A stretch of DNA of 64,000 nt from Candidatus Latescibacterota bacterium (lineage in GTDB: Bacteria; Latescibacterota; UBA2968; GCA-2709665), in assembly GCA_965205485.1 (NCBI GenBank), contig OZ242180.1, positions 1,856,001 through 1,920,000 of the forward strand, given 5' to 3'. Of this stretch, positions 11,499-21,966 are shown piece after piece. The notes below the pieces were generated by a model. That model saw only the letters and a list, made by a program, of their open reading frames with translations. It was not told where the DNA came from and did not search any database. Both the position numbers and the translations under genes were made by a program. The stretch's first letter is position 1. Each line of letters starts with the position of its first letter.

Positions 11499-13940
11499 TC
11501 ACTCCGCGGCGGCGGCCGGTTTCCCGGAACGTTGCCGCCAGTACCATGCGGCGGCGCAGGCGATGGCGAAGAGGGTGGAGAGTAGGGTAATCCAGCGGCA
11601 GGCCGTGGCGATGGGATCGTGGAAGCGGAGTACAACCCGGTGTTCGCCCCCGGGCACGACGACCGCCTTCCAGGCGTAGTTGGCCCTGAACAGCGGCCGC
11701 TCCTCCCCGTTCACCCGGGCGCGCCAGAAGGGGTGGTAATTCTCTGAGATTACGAGCAGTCGCGGACCTCCGGATTTGACGTTGAGTTCGATATGTCCGC
11801 TGCGTTCGTCGTACACGACCTTCTCGATATAATCCTGCGCTCGCGTATCCGAGTGATCCGCCGAAAAGCCTTCCGGCTCGGCCTCCAGGATAACGGTCTC
11901 TTCGGGCTTGAACCCGGGCTCCGAAAGCAGTTCCAGCATACGGGCTTCGTCGGTCTCGATCCGGTATCGGGGCGCCAGGTAGAACCAGGGCAGCGCGAAT
12001 TCGTTCCTGTAGATATGGAGACCGTCGGCGACCACGGTCGCGGGCGCGTCCGGAAAGGGTTCCCGGGTCACGACGTAGCGGGTGTTCAGCAGATTCAGGA
12101 TGGGGAAATGCCTGAGGTTCTGGGGTTCGGTCATCCGGTCGTAGCGCAGCATCGTAAAGGGTTCGTGATAATCCACCCGGACCCGGTCTACGATCGTTCG
12201 CTTGCCGGCGCCGATATGCGGCGGGGGAACGGAGAGCTGCGTTACGAACAGCACGCGGTAGAGATCGGGGTCCTGTTCGAAATGCCGCAGCACGCCGCCG
12301 TAGACGCGTTCGGGCGGGGGCTGAAGGTCCGGGTCGAAATACCGGAGGAACTGCCGGTCGATCCGCCAGGTATCGAAGAGCATCAGGGGAACCAGCAGGC
12401 ATGCGAAGACCGCGGGGGATATGCCGCCGCCCAGGCGTCTCCACGTCAGAATGGCCAGGACCGACACCAGCAGGGCGGCGAATACCGCGCCCCGGCTGAG
12501 GTTGGGCGCGTTCGCCTGGGCAACGCGGACGGCTGAATCCGGAATATCGGACCAGAAGAGTCCGGCCCACGCGTTCACGGCGCTCTGGGGCGCCAGGGCG
12601 ACGCCGAGCAGCAGGGCCACCGCGACCCCGGCGCCGATGGCGAGATTGCGTCGCGTCCGGGGCGAAGCGTCCGTTGGATAGAGGACCCGTTGCAGTCCGA
12701 TGGCGGCGAGAACGCACGCGGGGAACGCGAACAGAAACGCGATCATGCCAGGCGCCCTGAGCACCTTCATGCCAGGGATATACCGGTACGCGTATCCGTG
12801 CACGAAGGTATGGGGTCCGAGAGCGAATGCCAGGGCGAAGAAAAAGAGCAGGAGAAAGATCCAGATTCTCGGGTCGCGGCGGATGCGCCCGAGGGCGAGC
12901 GCGGCGAAGAAGAGAACGGCGATGCCGAAATACTCGGAATTGAGTTTAAAGGGATTGCGGCCCCAGTAGTTTCGTTTTCTTCGGTCCGGGTCGTCGAAGT
13001 GGGCGAATTCCGGCACGACCAGCGAAGCGACTTCCTCGGGGTGCAGCGACCACGTCTGCGCGTATTCCAGACCCTTGCCTTCGCCGTCCCCGAGCGCCCT
13101 TCTCGATTCCGTTCGGGTGAACCAATATTGTGGAAACACGCCCATGGCGCCGATGCCCAGACCCAGGCAAACGGCGCCGGCGCTGAGAAGGCTTCGGCGC
13201 AGGGCCGCCGCGATGTCTCTCTCGCCGTACAATGTCTGTCCGAGCCTGGCTGCGAAGAGAATGGCCAGGCCGCAAAGGGCGTAGTACAGCATCTGGAGGT
13301 GCGGCGTGTAGATGCCCGCACCAATGGCGACCGACAGAACGAGGTAGTAGATGGGACGACCGGTCTCCATGCCGCGGTACAGCCCCCAGACCATCAGCGG
13401 GAACAGGCCGATAACGAGCATTTTGGCTTCATGGCCGGCGTAGATGAAGGTGAGCAGGGCGGGCGCGGAGGCGTAGGCGATGCCCGTGAGCCAGGCCGTG
13501 AGCGGCTTCATGCCGAAACCGCGGATGCAGAGATACATGAAATAACCGGCCATGAACATGGCGAAGAAATACCGCCAGCCCAGAAGCCGGTGCCGGGTTG
13601 TAAACAGGGCGATGATTTCAAGCGGAAAATAGCTCGACGTCCGTTGTCCGGTCACGGGGGTGCCGCCGAGATAGCGCGTCCAGTTGGCCGGGGCCAGGTT
13701 GGCCAGCTTTTCGAAAAAGGGCTCCCGTCCCTTGTGGAATTCCCTTCCCGTGTCCTGTCCGAGGATGACGTGATCGGTAAAGACGAACCCGGCGAAATAC
13801 ACCACGCTCAGGAGCAGGAAGAACACGACCGGGGCCCAGGGCGAGGCGAGCCAGGGAGCCAGGCGTTCTGAGAGGGTCTTCGAGGATTCAGGCCTCGGCG
13901 CAGCGGAACGCCGTGCGGCTCTTTTTCTGCGCTTGCTCAA
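11499..13940 (-). CDS. YfhO-family membrane protein (GT-C-like)
   Basis: 813 aa polytopic; WSLHPEE, YFGI, LVISENYHPFWRARVNG...RANYAWKAVVVPGGEHRV typical of the YfhO C-terminus. Confidence 0.8.
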   Translation of the reverse strand: MSKRRKRAARRSAAPRPESSKTLSERLAPWLASPWAPVVFFLLLSVVYFAGFVFTDHVILGQDTGREFHKGREPFFEKLANLAPANWTRYLGGTPVTGQRTSSYFPLEIIALFTTRHRLLGWRYFFAMFMAGYFMYLCIRGFGMKPLTAWLTGIAYASAPALLTFIYAGHEAKMLVIGLFPLMVWGLYRGMETGRPIYYLVLSVAIGAGIYTPHLQMLYYALCGLAILFAARLGQTLYGERDIAAALRRSLLSAGAVCLGLGIGAMGVFPQYWFTRTESRRALGDGEGKGLEYAQTWSLHPEEVASLVVPEFAHFDDPDRRKRNYWGRNPFKLNSEYFGIAVLFFAALALGRIRRDPRIWIFLLLFFFALAFALGPHTFVHGYAYRYIPGMKVLRAPGMIAFLFAFPACVLAAIGLQRVLYPTDASPRTRRNLAIGAGVAVALLLGVALAPQSAVNAWAGLFWSDIPDSAVRVAQANAPNLSRGAVFAALLVSVLAILTWRRLGGGISPAVFACLLVPLMLFDTWRIDRQFLRYFDPDLQPPPERVYGGVLRHFEQDPDLYRVLFVTQLSVPPPHIGAGKRTIVDRVRVDYHEPFTMLRYDRMTEPQNLRHFPILNLLNTRYVVTREPFPDAPATVVADGLHIYRNEFALPWFYLAPRYRIETDEARMLELLSEPGFKPEETVILEAEPEGFSADHSDTRAQDYIEKVVYDERSGHIELNVKSGGPRLLVISENYHPFWRARVNGEERPLFRANYAWKAVVVPGGEHRVVLRFHDPIATACRWITLLSTLFAIACAAAWYWRQRSGKPAAAAE

Positions 13941-13956
13941 GGTTGGGCTCCATGGC

Positions 13957-14706
13957 TCAGGGCTGGCATCGGGATATCTCCTTTTTCGGGACGGTTTCCG
14001 GACCCCGGCCGAGATACGTGGTTGCGAAGGCGTAGAAAAACCAGCGCAGGTATTCCGGAAGCCAGCGGATGACTCTGAAGCGGCTGCGGCCGGTGGTCCT
14101 TTCGTACCACTCGGCGGGGACCTCCGCGACTTTCCAGCTCAGCCGGTGGCACTTGACCAGCAGTTCGATGCCGTAAGCGAAACCCGCCGTGGACTCGATC
14201 CGCGCCCGGTTCAGCAGTCGCCTTGAGAACAGGCGAAGGCCATTGCTGGCGTCCCGGGCGGGCAGCCGCGCCAGATAATAAAGGGTGAAGGCGGCGCTAC
14301 GGACAAGCAGAGATTTCAGCCACGGCGCACCCACCATGCAACCGCCGGCGATAAACCGGCTGGCGCAGACGACGTCGCAACCGTTCACGTATTCCCCATA
14401 CATCCTGTCGATGATGCCCGCGTTGTAGGTATCGTCGGCAGGCCACATGATCGCCGCCGGCGCGTGGCCGTCGCTGAAACCGGTGACGACGGCCCCGTGG
14501 GCGCCCCGTCCGCGGTTCCGGACTCTGACGATCTCGCATCGGGCATCCGTGAAATCCTTCAGGGCTTTCAGCGTGTCGTCGGACTCGTCGTCGTAACAGA
14601 TCAGCACGCGGAAGGGCGTACTCGTGGCATCGCACAGCGCGTTGAGCACGTTCAGGATGTTGTCGCCCTCGTTGTACACGGGGATGACGATGTCGAGATC
14701 GGGCAT
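13957..14706 (-). CDS. Glycosyltransferase family 2 (polyprenol-phosphate sugar synthase-like)
   Basis: IVIPVYNEG, ADD, ASRF..GG, DASNGLR, ERTTGRS motifs. Confidence 0.85.
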   Translation of the reverse strand: MPDLDIVIPVYNEGDNILNVLNALCDATSTPFRVLICYDDESDDTLKALKDFTDARCEIVRVRNRGRGAHGAVVTGFSDGHAPAAIMWPADDTYNAGIIDRMYGEYVNGCDVVCASRFIAGGCMVGAPWLKSLLVRSAAFTLYYLARLPARDASNGLRLFSRRLLNRARIESTAGFAYGIELLVKCHRLSWKVAEVPAEWYERTTGRSRFRVIRWLPEYLRWFFYAFATTYLGRGPETVPKKEISRCQP

Positions 14707-14928
14707 GGTCCTGGTTTAACCTTGATTCCCAATTGTTCGGGGACCTGAATGTCGAATATATACAGAAGAACAAAGGCGTATGGACACAAAGGTCCCGGAT
14801 ACTTGAAGTCACTGGACGTGAAGGGAAATTTCATCCATTTGAACGACCTCAATACCCCGTTATCGTACCGTCCCCTTCTGTGCTTTTTGTGGTAAAGTGA
14901 CTGTTGTCTTTCTTCGAATTGCGGTCAG

Positions 14929-16179
14929 TCAATCCGCCACGATACGGGGCGACGGAAGCGGGACGATGTATTTCCCCCTGAAACCCATACGCGTGAGTTT
15001 GGGCATGAGTTCCCCGGCGATATGCCATGAGAAGAGCAGCGCGTATTCGGGCTGGTCGCTGAACAGCGCGGACTCTTCCAGCACCGGGATGCCGGTGCCC
15101 GGCATATATTTGCCGATTTTGTACGAACCCTGGATTTCAAGGACGCAGTCGATCGTCTCGCGGTCCAGTCCGGTATAGGCGATCAGCGTGCTGGCGCGGG
15201 AGGGCGCGCCGATACCGTAGATGCGGCCGTCGCGGGCCTTGATGTCTCGCAGCAGGCCCAGGAGGTCGAGTTTGCTCTGCAGAACGTCCCCGGCGAAACG
15301 GCGGTAGGTTTCGGGGTCGAGCAGTCCGGCCCGCTGTTCTTCTTTCAGCTGATCCGGAACGGACGGATCCACCGGATATCGACCCGTACGGGCGGCAAAG
15401 ACGCGGATGGAGCCGCCGTGCGTGGGGATGCGTTCCACGTGGAAGATCTCCAGTCCGTGTTTTTCCAGGAGGAATTTCAGGCTGTGCAGGGAATAGTACC
15501 TGAGGTGCTCGTGGTAGACCGTATCGTACTGCAGCGTCCCGATCAGGTCCAGCAGGTAGTGGGACTCGGAGACGAAGACGCCCGTTTCATCCAGGATGTC
15601 CAGAATCCCGGCCACGACCTCGTCGACGTCGGGCATGTGCGCGAATACGTTGGTTGCGGTCACGAGATCGGCCGGGCCGTATTCTGAGGCAACCGTCTGC
15701 GCGGTCTCCCGCGTGAAAAAAGCCTGGAGGCTGCGGATGCCCCTCTCGTTTGCAAGCTGTGCCCTGTCCGTGGGGTCGATGCCCAGGACCCTGCAGCCCC
15801 CGGCCTTGAAATTGGCCAGGAGCGTGCCGTCGTTGGAGCCGATGTCGATCACAAACGAGGTGCCGTCCGCCCCCAGGCGGTCCTTGCACCGTTCGAACAG
15901 GTCCGCGAAATTCTCACGGAGAATGCGCGTGGTGCCGCTGGTGTAGGGATATTCCGGCGGGAACAGGACCTCCGGGTCCACCTGCCAGCCGATCTGCACC
16001 AGGTGCGAGTCCGGGCAGTAGAGCAGTTCCAGGGGATACATCGGGCAGTCGACGGGCTCTGCGCCCACCGGTTGCATGTCGTTCACCGGCGGCACGAAAC
16101 CCAGGAAGAGAACGGACTGAAGATTCGAGGATTGGCTGATCTGGCAGCGGGTGACGTTTCGGGAGGTTGCGCGCGGCAC
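14929..16179 (-). CDS. NDP-sugar C-methyltransferase (class I SAM-dependent)
   Basis: DIGSNDG, ATNVFAH, YDTVYHEHLRYYS, THGGSIR, KIGKYMPGTGIP motifs. Confidence 0.85.
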   Translation of the reverse strand: MPRATSRNVTRCQISQSSNLQSVLFLGFVPPVNDMQPVGAEPVDCPMYPLELLYCPDSHLVQIGWQVDPEVLFPPEYPYTSGTTRILRENFADLFERCKDRLGADGTSFVIDIGSNDGTLLANFKAGGCRVLGIDPTDRAQLANERGIRSLQAFFTRETAQTVASEYGPADLVTATNVFAHMPDVDEVVAGILDILDETGVFVSESHYLLDLIGTLQYDTVYHEHLRYYSLHSLKFLLEKHGLEIFHVERIPTHGGSIRVFAARTGRYPVDPSVPDQLKEEQRAGLLDPETYRRFAGDVLQSKLDLLGLLRDIKARDGRIYGIGAPSRASTLIAYTGLDRETIDCVLEIQGSYKIGKYMPGTGIPVLEESALFSDQPEYALLFSWHIAGELMPKLTRMGFRGKYIVPLPSPRIVAD

Positions 16180-16194
16180 GCATGTTCCTCCTGC

Positions 16195-17163
16195 TCAGTT
16201 GCGGTGGTTTTCGAGGTACCAGGCGATGGTGCCGGCCAGACCCTCGCGGAGCGAGACGCGGGGGCGGTAGCCGAGGGCTCTGAGCTTGTCGATACCGGGG
16301 CGCCTTCTTTCGGGGCTGCCGGCTGTCAACGCTCCGGGGACGATTTCAAAGTTCCTGCCGATGCGTTCGAAAATCAGCCTGGCGAGACGCCGGATGGTGA
16401 CTTCGTCATCATTGCCGACGTGGTAGATATTCAGGTGCGCGCCTCTTTCCAGGACGGTGGCGAACCCGTCTGTAAAATCGTCGATATGCATGAAAGCCCG
16501 GGTCTGCGAGCCGTCGCCCTGTATTGGAAACGGAACCGCGCCTCGAGGGTGTTCGGTTGCGAGCGAGGCCGCCCTCAGAATGAGCTGGGGGATGACGTGC
16601 TCGCGCCCCATGTCAGGCCCGTACACGTTGTGCGGGCGGACCACGAGGACGCGCCCCAGGCGCCTCCGGCCGTAGTTCAGGGCCATGAGTTCGCTGATGA
16701 TTTTGCTGCCGCCGTAGGAAAAACGGGGATTCAGGGGGTCGGGAACGGAAAGTGGCGCGGATTCGTCCGTGGGAATGGTTGGCGGGGTCTGGTACACTTC
16801 GGAACTGGAGGCCAGGACGTATTCGGAAACGTCGTGCTCCAGGCAGGCGTCGATGGTGTTTACAACGCCCTTTACGCCCACGTCAAGTACGATTTCAGGC
16901 TTGCTGTAGAACCATTCGGTGCCGTTCACCGAGGCCAGGTGGCAAAGGCTTTCCACGCCCCGGGCGGCATTGCGCACGGCATCCGCATTCCGGACGTCCG
17001 CTTCGATGAATTCCACCTGGTCCCCGATGTCCGCCAGGCGGCCCGCGTTTCCCCGTGACAGATTGTCGAGAACCCGCACCCGGTGGCCGCCCTGAAGCAG
17101 GCGCCGTACCAGGGAGGAACCGATGAATCCGGCGCCGCCCGTGACCAGGTAGAGCTTACTCAA
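16195..17163 (-). CDS. NAD-dependent nucleotide-sugar epimerase/dehydratase
   Basis: VTGGAGFIGS, SSSEVY, YGGSK, NVYGP. Confidence 0.9.
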   Translation of the reverse strand: MSKLYLVTGGAGFIGSSLVRRLLQGGHRVRVLDNLSRGNAGRLADIGDQVEFIEADVRNADAVRNAARGVESLCHLASVNGTEWFYSKPEIVLDVGVKGVVNTIDACLEHDVSEYVLASSSEVYQTPPTIPTDESAPLSVPDPLNPRFSYGGSKIISELMALNYGRRRLGRVLVVRPHNVYGPDMGREHVIPQLILRAASLATEHPRGAVPFPIQGDGSQTRAFMHIDDFTDGFATVLERGAHLNIYHVGNDDEVTIRRLARLIFERIGRNFEIVPGALTAGSPERRRPGIDKLRALGYRPRVSLREGLAGTIAWYLENHRN

Positions 17164-18352
17164 GGTTCAGGTACCCCCAGATATCCACGACGGGTTTGTT
17201 TTTGAGATCCAGCCTGCGGTACGCCGCGTGCGGCACGCACAGGACCAGCAGGTCGCTCCTCTCCATGACCTCCCGGACGGGCAGCAGGTTCGGGTCCGTG
17301 GTCACGTGCGGGTCCGTGGTCATCACCTCCCTGGCCCGGAACGCCAGGATGTCCTTCAACTTGTAGCTCAGCGAAAACCGTGTGTCGTCGCTGTTCGCCT
17401 TGAAGGCCATGCCAAGCAGGCCGATGCGGAGACGGCGCAGGTCGCCGTACCGGTTGCGAATCTCCTCGACCAGGTAGTTCACCAGGCCCTGGTTGACGTT
17501 CATGGCCGCCCGTCCCAGCGTGAAACCGTCGCTGGCGAAGGCGGCCAGCTGCATGGTATCCTTCAGCAGGCACGGGCCCGCCGCGAATCCCGCGGAGGGG
17601 ATGTCCCGGGCGCGAGGGTAGTCCTTCTTCATACCTTCGAGTACCCGGCTGTAGTCCACGCCCGCGGCGTTTGCGATCGTATAGAACTGGTTCGCGGTTG
17701 CAAACTGGATATACCGGTACGCATTGCTGAACAGTTTCGCGAACTCGGCTTCGATGGGCGTCAGGTGAACGATCCCCGGCGAGATCCGCCTGAAGAGGGC
17801 TGCGGCCTCCCGTTCGGCTTCATCCGTGGTTCCGCTGACGATCTGGGTGAGCAGCGGGATTTCCTCGATGGCCTGGCCCTGAACGATGCGTTCGGGGCAA
17901 AAGGAGACCTTGGGGTTTCTGCCGTTCGCGCGCAGGTAGTCGTACAGCCAGTCCGTTGTCCCGGGGGAAACCGTGGACCGGAGCACCACAAGCTGATCGT
18001 CGGACAGATGCGGCAGCATGTCGTCCGCGAGGCTCTTGAAAGTCGAGAGAATGGGCTTCGAGAGTTCGTCCGCGGGCGTGCCGATGGTCACGATCACGGT
18101 GGCCGCGCCGGCCACGCAGGACGTTTCGGACGATACGCTCAGCCGGCCCTTTGCAAGCGCGTTGGCGAGAAGGTCCCCGGCGCCCTTCTCCTCGAAGGGC
18201 ATCCGCCCCTCGCCGATCAACTCGAGAGACGCCTCGTTGATGTCGCAGACGATAACGCGCAAGCCCTTGCCGGCGAAAGTCAGCGCCAGCGGCAGACCCA
18301 CCCGGCCGGCCCCGCCCACAATACAGATGTCATTTGCGTATCCGGTGGTCAT
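17156..18352 (-). CDS. Nucleotide-sugar dehydrogenase (UDP-ManNAc/UDP-Glc DH family)
   Basis: GGAGRVGLP, LRSTVSPGTT, CPER, AEFAKLFSNAYR, GPCLLKD, GMAFKANSDD. Confidence 0.9.
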   Translation of the reverse strand: MTTGYANDICIVGGAGRVGLPLALTFAGKGLRVIVCDINEASLELIGEGRMPFEEKGAGDLLANALAKGRLSVSSETSCVAGAATVIVTIGTPADELSKPILSTFKSLADDMLPHLSDDQLVVLRSTVSPGTTDWLYDYLRANGRNPKVSFCPERIVQGQAIEEIPLLTQIVSGTTDEAEREAAALFRRISPGIVHLTPIEAEFAKLFSNAYRYIQFATANQFYTIANAAGVDYSRVLEGMKKDYPRARDIPSAGFAAGPCLLKDTMQLAAFASDGFTLGRAAMNVNQGLVNYLVEEIRNRYGDLRRLRIGLLGMAFKANSDDTRFSLSYKLKDILAFRAREVMTTDPHVTTDPNLLPVREVMERSDLLVLCVPHAAYRRLDLKNKPVVDIWGYLNLE

Positions 18353-18493
18353 ATTCGCAACGGCTCATTGTGCCGATGATGTCGTTGGCGTGAAGGTTTT
18401 AGGGCTTGTGAATCTGAAGGTTTGAAGGTGGGGCAGACATTCCTGTCTGCCGAAGCCGATCTGCTCGTCCCTGTCAAGCCAGGGTTCAAGATA

Positions 18494-19597
18494 TCACCTC
18501 AGCGACCGTTCATATACGCGCTCCTGCTCCATGGCAATCCGGTCCCAGGAAAAGTTGGCGGCCCACGCCCTCCCGTTATTGCCGAGGTCCGCGCGCAGCC
18601 GGGAATCCTCGAGCAGGCGTTTCATGGCGCCCGCGAGGGCTTCCGGGTCCTCCGCCGGCACGAGCAGGCCGGTCCGGTCCCGCTGGATGGCGTCCACGAG
18701 CCCGGGGATCTCCGTGCCGATCACCGCTTTCCCGGCGGCGCCGGATTCGATCGCGGCGATGCCCCACCCCTCGTATCGGGAAGGCTGACAGGTGAACAAC
18801 GCGCCGGCGTAGAGGTTCCACTTTTCCGCTTCCGAAACAGGCCCCGTGAGTTCCACGCGATCCGATATGCCCAGGGAACGGGACTTTGACATCAGTTCGT
18901 GCTGTCGAGCCTCCGTGCCCCGACCCGCAAGGACCAGGCGGACTTCCGGATGCGCCGGTTTCAGCCTGGCGAATGCCGGGAGCAGAACGTCGATGCCCTT
19001 GTTGTAGGTGTCCAGCCGCCCGAAGAAGAGAATATAGTCCTCTTCGCGAGTCTCTGCCAGGGCCGGATGACTCACGCCGTTGCAAACCGTATGAACGGGT
19101 GTGTTCGGGCGTGTTCGCCTCTCCAGGTGGAGGGCGGTACTCGGAGAAACGGCGATGATCCGGCGGTGCAGCCGCGTGTGGAGGCCTTCGGCGGCGGCGG
19201 CCAGAAGACCGATCCCGGGGTATTTCCGCGTGGCGTGCGCGGCTATGGGATGGTGAAAGACCATCACCGACCGCGCCCGCCGGGACGGAAGCGCGTACAC
19301 GGGCGAGAACGCGGAAAAGTCGTACACCCAGAGGTCGAAGGGCCGCTTCGCCAGCGCACGGGACGCCAGCGCCGAAAAGCTCAGACGGCTGAACAGATAG
19401 TTCCGGCTCGTCCCCACCCTGCGGATGCGGATGCCGTCGCGGTCTTCCTCCCTGGCGGCGCCGGGAAAGTGACCCGTCAGGAGGGTGATCTCGTGCTTCC
19501 GGGCGAGGCGCCGGTTGATTTCCATGGCCCTCACCGCGCCGCCTCCTCCGCACCAGGGGTTGTCCACGTCGTCGTAGATGGTGTGGAGGATCTTCAT
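18494..19597 (-). CDS. Glycosyltransferase family 4
   Basis: FFGRL..NKG, PSRYEGWGIAAIESGAAG. Confidence 0.9.
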   Translation of the reverse strand: MKILHTIYDDVDNPWCGGGGAVRAMEINRRLARKHEITLLTGHFPGAAREEDRDGIRIRRVGTSRNYLFSRLSFSALASRALAKRPFDLWVYDFSAFSPVYALPSRRARSVMVFHHPIAAHATRKYPGIGLLAAAAEGLHTRLHRRIIAVSPSTALHLERRTRPNTPVHTVCNGVSHPALAETREEDYILFFGRLDTYNKGIDVLLPAFARLKPAHPEVRLVLAGRGTEARQHELMSKSRSLGISDRVELTGPVSEAEKWNLYAGALFTCQPSRYEGWGIAAIESGAAGKAVIGTEIPGLVDAIQRDRTGLLVPAEDPEALAGAMKRLLEDSRLRADLGNNGRAWAANFSWDRIAMEQERVYERSLR

Positions 19598-19609
19598 GGC
19601 GTGTCCGCG

Positions 19610-20140
19610 CTATGTCCCGGCCTTGAGGATGCGATTGATGATCGCGGTCGTGGACGTCTTGAAAGCCGTGGAAACCGTTGCTACACGGCCCCCGGCGTCT
19701 TCCACCACCTCGCGGGCGACGATCTGATCCGGGGAATAGTCCCCGCCCTTTACGAGGACGTCGGGCAGCAGTTGTCGAAGGATTTCGTGCGGTGTGTCTT
19801 CCTCGAATACGCAGATATAGTCGACGGCTTCCATGCCGGACAGCACGCCGATCCGTTCCTCGATCGACAGAATCGGGCGGCCTCTGCCCTTGATGCGGCG
19901 GACGGAGTCGTCGCTGTTGAGCGCCACGACGAGCGCGTCGCCCAGGGCGCGCGCCCGCTGAAGAAAAGCCACGTGGCCGGGATGGATCAGGTCGAAGCAG
20001 CCGTTCGTGAAGACCAGCCTTGCGCGGGTTCGTTTGAGACGCCGCCGGACCTCTCTGGCCTGATCCAGCGTAAGGACCTTTCCGCCACCGGCGTCGGGAT
20101 CGAATCGAGGGCTCGCGTTGCGCGCGTTGTCGGGAGTCAT
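19610..20140 (-). CDS. rfaE2: D-glycero-beta-D-manno-heptose 1-phosphate adenylyltransferase
   Basis: VFTNGCFDLIHPGH, NSDDSVRRIKG..RP, VLVKGGDY, STTAII. Confidence 0.88.
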   Translation of the reverse strand: MTPDNARNASPRFDPDAGGGKVLTLDQAREVRRRLKRTRARLVFTNGCFDLIHPGHVAFLQRARALGDALVVALNSDDSVRRIKGRGRPILSIEERIGVLSGMEAVDYICVFEEDTPHEILRQLLPDVLVKGGDYSPDQIVAREVVEDAGGRVATVSTAFKTSTTAIINRILKAGT

Positions 20141-20148
20141 GTCGGACC

Positions 20149-20745
20149 CTACAACACGCCTTTGGTGGAGGGAATCCCCACGACGCCGGGGTCCTGTCCG
20201 CATGCCTGCCGGAGCGCCCGGCCGGCAGCCTTGAAAATCGCTTCGGTGGCGTGGTGGGCGTTTGTCCCGCGAATCAGGTCGATATGTGCGTTCAGCCGCC
20301 CGTGGTCCGCGAGCGACCGGAAGAATTCCGGGCTCATCGCCGTGGGGTACGCGCCGACCATTTCGTCGGGCATGTCGGCGTTGTAGACCAGGAACGGCCG
20401 GCCCGAGAGGTCGACGGCCGCGCGCGCAAGGGCTTCGTCCATAGGTACGAAACTGTGTCCGAAGCGCGTGATGCCCGCCTTGTCGCCCAGCGCTTCGGAA
20501 AATGCCCTGCCCAGACAGATGCCCACGTCTTCCACCGTGTGGTGCGCGTCCACGTCCAGGTCGCCCCGGCAGGCCACGTCCAGGTCGAAGCCTCCGTGCC
20601 GGGCGAACGCGTTGAGCATGTGGTCGAAGAAACCGATTCCGGTTTCGAGCCGGCAGTCTCCGGACCCGTCCAGGTTCAGCGTGAGGTCGATGTCGGTTTC
20701 CGATGTCTTGCGTTGTATGCGGTGGGCGGTGCGAAGGACCGGCAT
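20149..20745 (-). CDS. hisB: Imidazoleglycerol-phosphate dehydratase
   Basis: TGIGFFDHML, DAHHTVEDVG, PMDEAL, NAHHATEAIFKA, PSTKGVL. Confidence 0.97.
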   Translation of the reverse strand: MPVLRTAHRIQRKTSETDIDLTLNLDGSGDCRLETGIGFFDHMLNAFARHGGFDLDVACRGDLDVDAHHTVEDVGICLGRAFSEALGDKAGITRFGHSFVPMDEALARAAVDLSGRPFLVYNADMPDEMVGAYPTAMSPEFFRSLADHGRLNAHIDLIRGTNAHHATEAIFKAAGRALRQACGQDPGVVGIPSTKGVL

Positions 20746-20797
20746 GGGGGTTAACCTTTCCCGTGTCGTGTTTCCAGGTCAGGATTGATGATGTGTA

Positions 20798-21877
20798 TTA
20801 TACACACGCATCCTTGAGTGTCTCTTCGAGCGCGTCCAGAAAGAGGGTGTTTTCCTCTGCCTTGCCGATGCTCACGCGCAGGGCGTTGCCGAGCCGAGGA
20901 TACGAGGTCACGTTGCGGATGAGGATGCCCTTTTCGATGAGCCCGTTGAAGACCCGGGCCGGATTGCCGACTTCGAAGAGGATGAAGTTGGCATGTGACG
21001 GCCGGGGGCGGACGCCGTCGATTTCCCGAAGGGCCGCGAACACCCGCTCGCGTTCATCACGGATCGTCCTGACGCGTTCCCGGATCAGACTGTCGTGTTT
21101 CAGAATGTGCAGCGCCGCTGAATGGGAGAAGACGTTGATGTCGAACGGCACTTTGGCTTTCAGGACCTCCCGGGCGATCTCAGGATGCGCCATCAGGTAG
21201 CCGATGCGTATACCCGCTGCGCCCAGGGCTTTTGAAAAGGTCTTCAACACGATGAGATTGGGATATTCCCCGATCAGGTCGCGGGCCGTCTCATCGCTGA
21301 ACTCCGCATAGGCTTCGTCCACCATCACCAGCGCGTCGGTTTGCTCGAGCAGGGTTCTGAGGTCCGCACTGGAGACGACGCAGCCCGTTGGGTTGTTGGG
21401 GGAACCGAAGATGACCATGTTTGCCGATTCCCGACGGACGGCTTCCCGGATTTCCGGCAGGTCGAAAGCGTATTCCGCCGTGAGATCCACCGGAACCACG
21501 CGACCCCCGAAGAAGCCCGTGTAGAGCCCGTACAACGAAAAGCTGGGCGACGGGATGACCACCGGCGCGCCGGGGCGGGTGCTGACGGCCAGAACGAGCT
21601 GTACCAGGGTATTGGAGCCGTTGCACACGATCAGCCCGTCCGGACGCCAGCCGGCGAAGTCGGCCAGGGCTTCCACCAGGTCCATCTCCATCGGCTGGGG
21701 ATAGCGGAACCAGGGCCGCTTCCGGACGTCCGCCAGGATTTCGTCCTTGAGATCGTCCGGAATATCGAACGGGCTTTCGTTCTGATTCAGTTTTACCGGG
21801 CAGTCGTAGCGCGTCAGGTGGTACCCGTCCGCGGACCGGATTTCCGGCCTGATGCGTTTCAGTGGCGGATCGATCAT
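20798..21877 (-). CDS. hisC: Histidinol-phosphate aminotransferase
   Basis: KLNQNESP, SPNNPTG, VDEAYAEF, KTFSKALGAAGIRIGY; start taken at ATG 21877. Confidence 0.93.
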   Translation of the reverse strand: MIDPPLKRIRPEIRSADGYHLTRYDCPVKLNQNESPFDIPDDLKDEILADVRKRPWFRYPQPMEMDLVEALADFAGWRPDGLIVCNGSNTLVQLVLAVSTRPGAPVVIPSPSFSLYGLYTGFFGGRVVPVDLTAEYAFDLPEIREAVRRESANMVIFGSPNNPTGCVVSSADLRTLLEQTDALVMVDEAYAEFSDETARDLIGEYPNLIVLKTFSKALGAAGIRIGYLMAHPEIAREVLKAKVPFDINVFSHSAALHILKHDSLIRERVRTIRDERERVFAALREIDGVRPRPSHANFILFEVGNPARVFNGLIEKGILIRNVTSYPRLGNALRVSIGKAEENTLFLDALEETLKDACV

Positions 21878-21966
21878 CGGAAACGATCCAAAATGAGAAC
21901 GCCGCGCCCGCATGGTCGCCGGAGTTCGGCGGTTGCGCGGGCGGGCGGTTTTGGATTGTGCCGGCG

